A stretch of 63,919 nt of DNA, counting the filler. It is 10 parts of 10 records of this genome, joined end to end, with 100 filler letters (N's around TTAATTAATTAA, not from the genome) between each part and the next. Parts side by side here need not be neighbours in the genome. Positions count along the whole stretch, not along the records: positions 58,844 to 63,919 come from SRR31147125_12604; 9 more parts are not named here. One strand, given 5' to 3'. The position numbers and the translations under genes are program-made. Below are positions 61,414 through 63,919 of the stretch, piece by piece; the first letter of the stretch is position 1; the number at the start of each line of letters is the position of its first letter. The notes under the pieces are model-generated. The model was not told the DNA's origin. It made no database searches and was given only the letters and a program-made list of their open reading frames with translations.

Positions 61414-62396
61414 ATGCGTTATTCCCACACCACAGACAAGAGTTTTGACTATATTATTGAGAATAAAGACAATAAACTCCGGATTGACAAGTTTCTTGCA
61501 CGGGTAGTGCAGGATCATTCACGCAGTTTTCTCAAGAAAATCCTTGATGATGATGACTTTGTAACAGTCAATGAGAAGAACACCAAGCCGTCATATAAAC
61601 TCAAGACAGGCGACAAGATACACCTCAATCTACCGGAACTTATCGAGATGTCAGCCGAAGCAGAGGATATTCCTCTGGAGATACTCTATGAGGATGAGGA
61701 TATTATTGTTATCAACAAGCAGCCTGATTTTGTGGTTCACCCAGCCCCGGGGCATGAGACAGGAACACTTGTCAATGCGCTGTTGTTTCACTGCAAAGAG
61801 CTCTCCGGCATAGGTGAAGAGTTCTTCCGACCGGGTATAGTCCACCGACTCGACAGAGACACCACCGGCTGCATGGTCGCCGCCAAGACAGACATCGCCC
61901 ATCGGGATCTAGTAGAACAGTTTGCCACCCGCACAACCGAGAAGACCTACATGGCAATAACTCACAGCACCCCAGAAGAACAATCCGGCAAGATCGAAGG
62001 CTATATCGCCAGATCACACTCGGATTACAAAAAAATGGCACTCTATACCGCTGGCGGCAAATACTCACTGACATATTATAAGACTCTGGAAAATTTCAAC
62101 AATTTCTCCCTGATAGAGTGCGATATCAAGACCGGACGAACTCACCAGATCCGCCTCCACATGCGCTCACTCTGCTGCCCCATTCTCTGTGACCGTGACT
62201 ACGGCAAGGAGTCAGCTATCTCCTATGCCGAGCTTAGGGGAAAGAAAAAGACAAAGATATTGCTCTTGAGAGGCAGGCTCTCCACGCCGCAGAACTCAAA
62301 ATAGACCATCCTGTGTCAAAAAAGCGTCTGAGCTTCACCGCACCTCTACCTGCAGATATGCAGAGAGTACTGGAATGCCTCAGAGAGAAGAGTTAA
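61414..62396 (+). CDS. rluD: RluA/RluD-family pseudouridine synthase with S4 domain; apparent frameshift near 62245
   Basis: RIDKFL, INKQPDFVVHP, RPGIVHRLDRDTTG, TGRTHQIR; the shifted frame continues RQALHA..L...HP...FTAPLPADM to TAA 62396. Confidence 0.9.
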
Positions 62397-62536
62397 ATTT
62401 CTTGCACCCCGCACTCCATCCTGTACAATATCAAGAGATAGGATACAGACAATTTATGCCGACAATATCTATAACAGATTATTTCAATATCGGCTGAAAA
62501 AGAATAACATACAGCCAGAGAAGAATTTAAAGAACT

Positions 62537-63919
62537 ATGCCAGAAGATGAGAACAATTTATTCGATGATGACGACGATGCAGGAGAAGGCGATTCGTCTG
62601 GTGATGGTGAGAAAACAACCATCGATATTGTTGCCCTGCTCTGGAAGCTCCACCCATTTATCCTGCTCACCCTTGCACTTGGCATTGCGATCTTCTCATA
62701 TAGCTTGATCCCAAAAAAAGCCAAAGAAAAGCCGAAAACACTGGAGTATTACTACAACCGGAGTAGAGATGCTCTGGAAGAAGCCGGCAATCCCCTGCTA
62801 GACCACACCCCTGGCCAGGTTCAGGAATATATCCAGAAAGCCAAGACAGATTTTGAATATGTCTTTACACATAACAGCTACAAAGAGCAGATGTCTAAAT
62901 CACCCAGCCTGCTCAACCCTTATATGCTCTTCGGTGTCAGCCTCTATATGTACGGCACCAATGACCTGATCACTCAGAATAAACAAGCAACCTTCCAGAA
63001 AGCTGTCTGGGCTTTTTCACAGGCACTCGAATGGGAGACAAAACACTGGGACGAACGCCAGCAGAAGATCTATGACACCCAGTACTTCACTACCGGCGAA
63101 GCCTATGACGAAAGTATTCTGCAGGCTCGTAAACTTCTGCGCAACCAATATCTCCGTTATATGCTGGCACGCTCTGCGATATACGCTGAACAGTACTATC
63201 TGGCTGAGAAAGAGCTGGAGAACCTGATCAAGGAGTTTCAGACAGAGAATATCTCAGGTAACAATATCTGGAAGATAGTCGAAAGCCTCCCACCACACAA
63301 GTACGAGCTTCTCCCTGAAGACAGAACACTCCTCTATTATTTTCTAGGAGAACTCAATGAAAAAAGAGATGAAATTGACAATGCGGAAAAATACTACCGC
63401 ATATTTCTGCTGCATGCCAAACGGAGTAATGAGTTTTTTCAGGCTCTGATGCGCCTCGGCACAATATACTTCAATAAGGCTGAGCAGGCAGATGATGACA
63501 ATGATATTGAAGAAGCCCGCAGACTGTATAGTGAAGCTGCCGAAGTCTTCTCCAAAGTAATCGCTGCCTCCCCACCGGCAAACATCCTCCGTAAAGCCTA
63601 CTTTACAGGCGGTAAAGCATATTATAATCTGGCTCTGACTATAGCAATTTCCGAGAAATCCATCTGGGACATTTCAGAGAAATTTTCCGACAGCCTCAAA
63701 GATAAATTCCAGTACTTCACCAATGGCAATCCCCTGCCGAGCCGCACACTCTATGTTCCCGCAGCCATCGGCAGAGCCGTAGCCCAGTCTGCCCTCGGCA
63801 GCACCCTCCCGCTCAGTGTTATCACCGGTGGCACCACAGGCAATGCTCTTGCTTTACTGAGCGAAGAAAGACTTACCCCAGAGAGTGAGAAGCGGAGGCT
63901 TCTCTGGCGGGCAAATATG
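62537..63919 (+). CDS. Membrane-anchored TPR-repeat protein; runs off the window end
   Basis: Absent from the ORF track (no stop in the window). Acidic N-terminus MPEDENNLFDDDDD, one TM segment, TPR-like YYFLGEL...AEKYY and ALMRLGTIYF...AAEVFSKV. Confidence 0.8.
   Translation, partial: MPEDENNLFDDDDDAGEGDSSGDGEKTTIDIVALLWKLHPFILLTLALGIAIFSYSLIPKKAKEKPKTLEYYYNRSRDALEEAGNPLLDHTPGQVQEYIQKAKTDFEYVFTHNSYKEQMSKSPSLLNPYMLFGVSLYMYGTNDLITQNKQATFQKAVWAFSQALEWETKHWDERQQKIYDTQYFTTGEAYDESILQARKLLRNQYLRYMLARSAIYAEQYYLAEKELENLIKEFQTENISGNNIWKIVESLPPHKYELLPEDRTLLYYFLGELNEKRDEIDNAEKYYRIFLLHAKRSNEFFQALMRLGTIYFNKAEQADDDNDIEEARRLYSEAAEVFSKVIAASPPANILRKAYFTGGKAYYNLALTIAISEKSIWDISEKFSDSLKDKFQYFTNGNPLPSRTLYVPAAIGRAVAQSALGSTLPLSVITGGTTGNALALLSEERLTPESEKRRLLWRANM

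Noticed and set aside
8608..62250. Many split genes (HAD, ubiA-like, DUF3078, TolB-like, sigma54 regulator x2, thiH x2, gajA x2, rluD) suggesting pseudogenes or programmed frameshifting
   Set aside because: Every break sits in a homopolymer run, is fixed by a 1-2 base indel, and occurs in unrelated contigs including conserved metabolic genes. This is the pattern of sequencing error; read mapping would confirm it.
1..63919. CRISPR arrays, tRNA and rRNA genes
   Set aside because: No repeat-spacer array with 23-47 bp repeats and no tRNA or rRNA signatures were seen by eye.

Overview
This window is not one replicon. It is ten unrelated contigs joined by identical 100-bp N linkers, each carrying TTAATTAATTAA (stops in all six frames), so gene neighbourhood is meaningful only within a contig. 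Contig 1 (1-9391, Bacteroidota-like): TonB receptor, a NikR variant, queE, queD, signal-peptide NiSOD, an IS1182 relic, gldA, ispG, a YdbS/YdbT pair, a HAD phosphatase and an MFS transporter. Contig 2 (9492-14563, Bacteroidota-like): AHSA1, UbiA/MqnP-like, DUF3078 and CYTH genes. Contig 3 (14664-20030): an integron-type cassette array with 4-5 partly decayed attC sites and no integrase on the contig. Contig 4 (20131-25725, Desulfobacterales-like): sigma54 two-component system, YkgJ protein and diguanylate cyclase. Contig 5 (25826-33343): histone-H1-like/BCP peroxiredoxin fusion, PQQ-propeller lipoprotein, lipid kinase and murJ. Contig 6 (33444-39195): TPP riboswitch and thiSGHFEC. Contigs 7 (39296-45632) and 8 (45733-53442): Bacteroidota glycan/sulfatase genes. 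Contig 9 (53543-58743): Gabija-like OLD nuclease plus UvrD helicase, followed by a DXD glycosyltransferase. Contig 10 (58844-63919): nfeD, floA, yqfB-like, rluD and a TPR gene. About eleven frameshifts fall in homopolymer runs and are most likely sequencing errors. The best leads are the NikR lacking two of its four Ni ligands together with a 21-bp-period GTGTYAY operator-like motif at two promoters, the Gabija-linked glycosyltransferase, the cassette array with an uncharacterised membrane-hairpin protein, and the H1-like/peroxiredoxin fusion. Family assignments come from motif recognition, not database searches, and host assignments are inferences.
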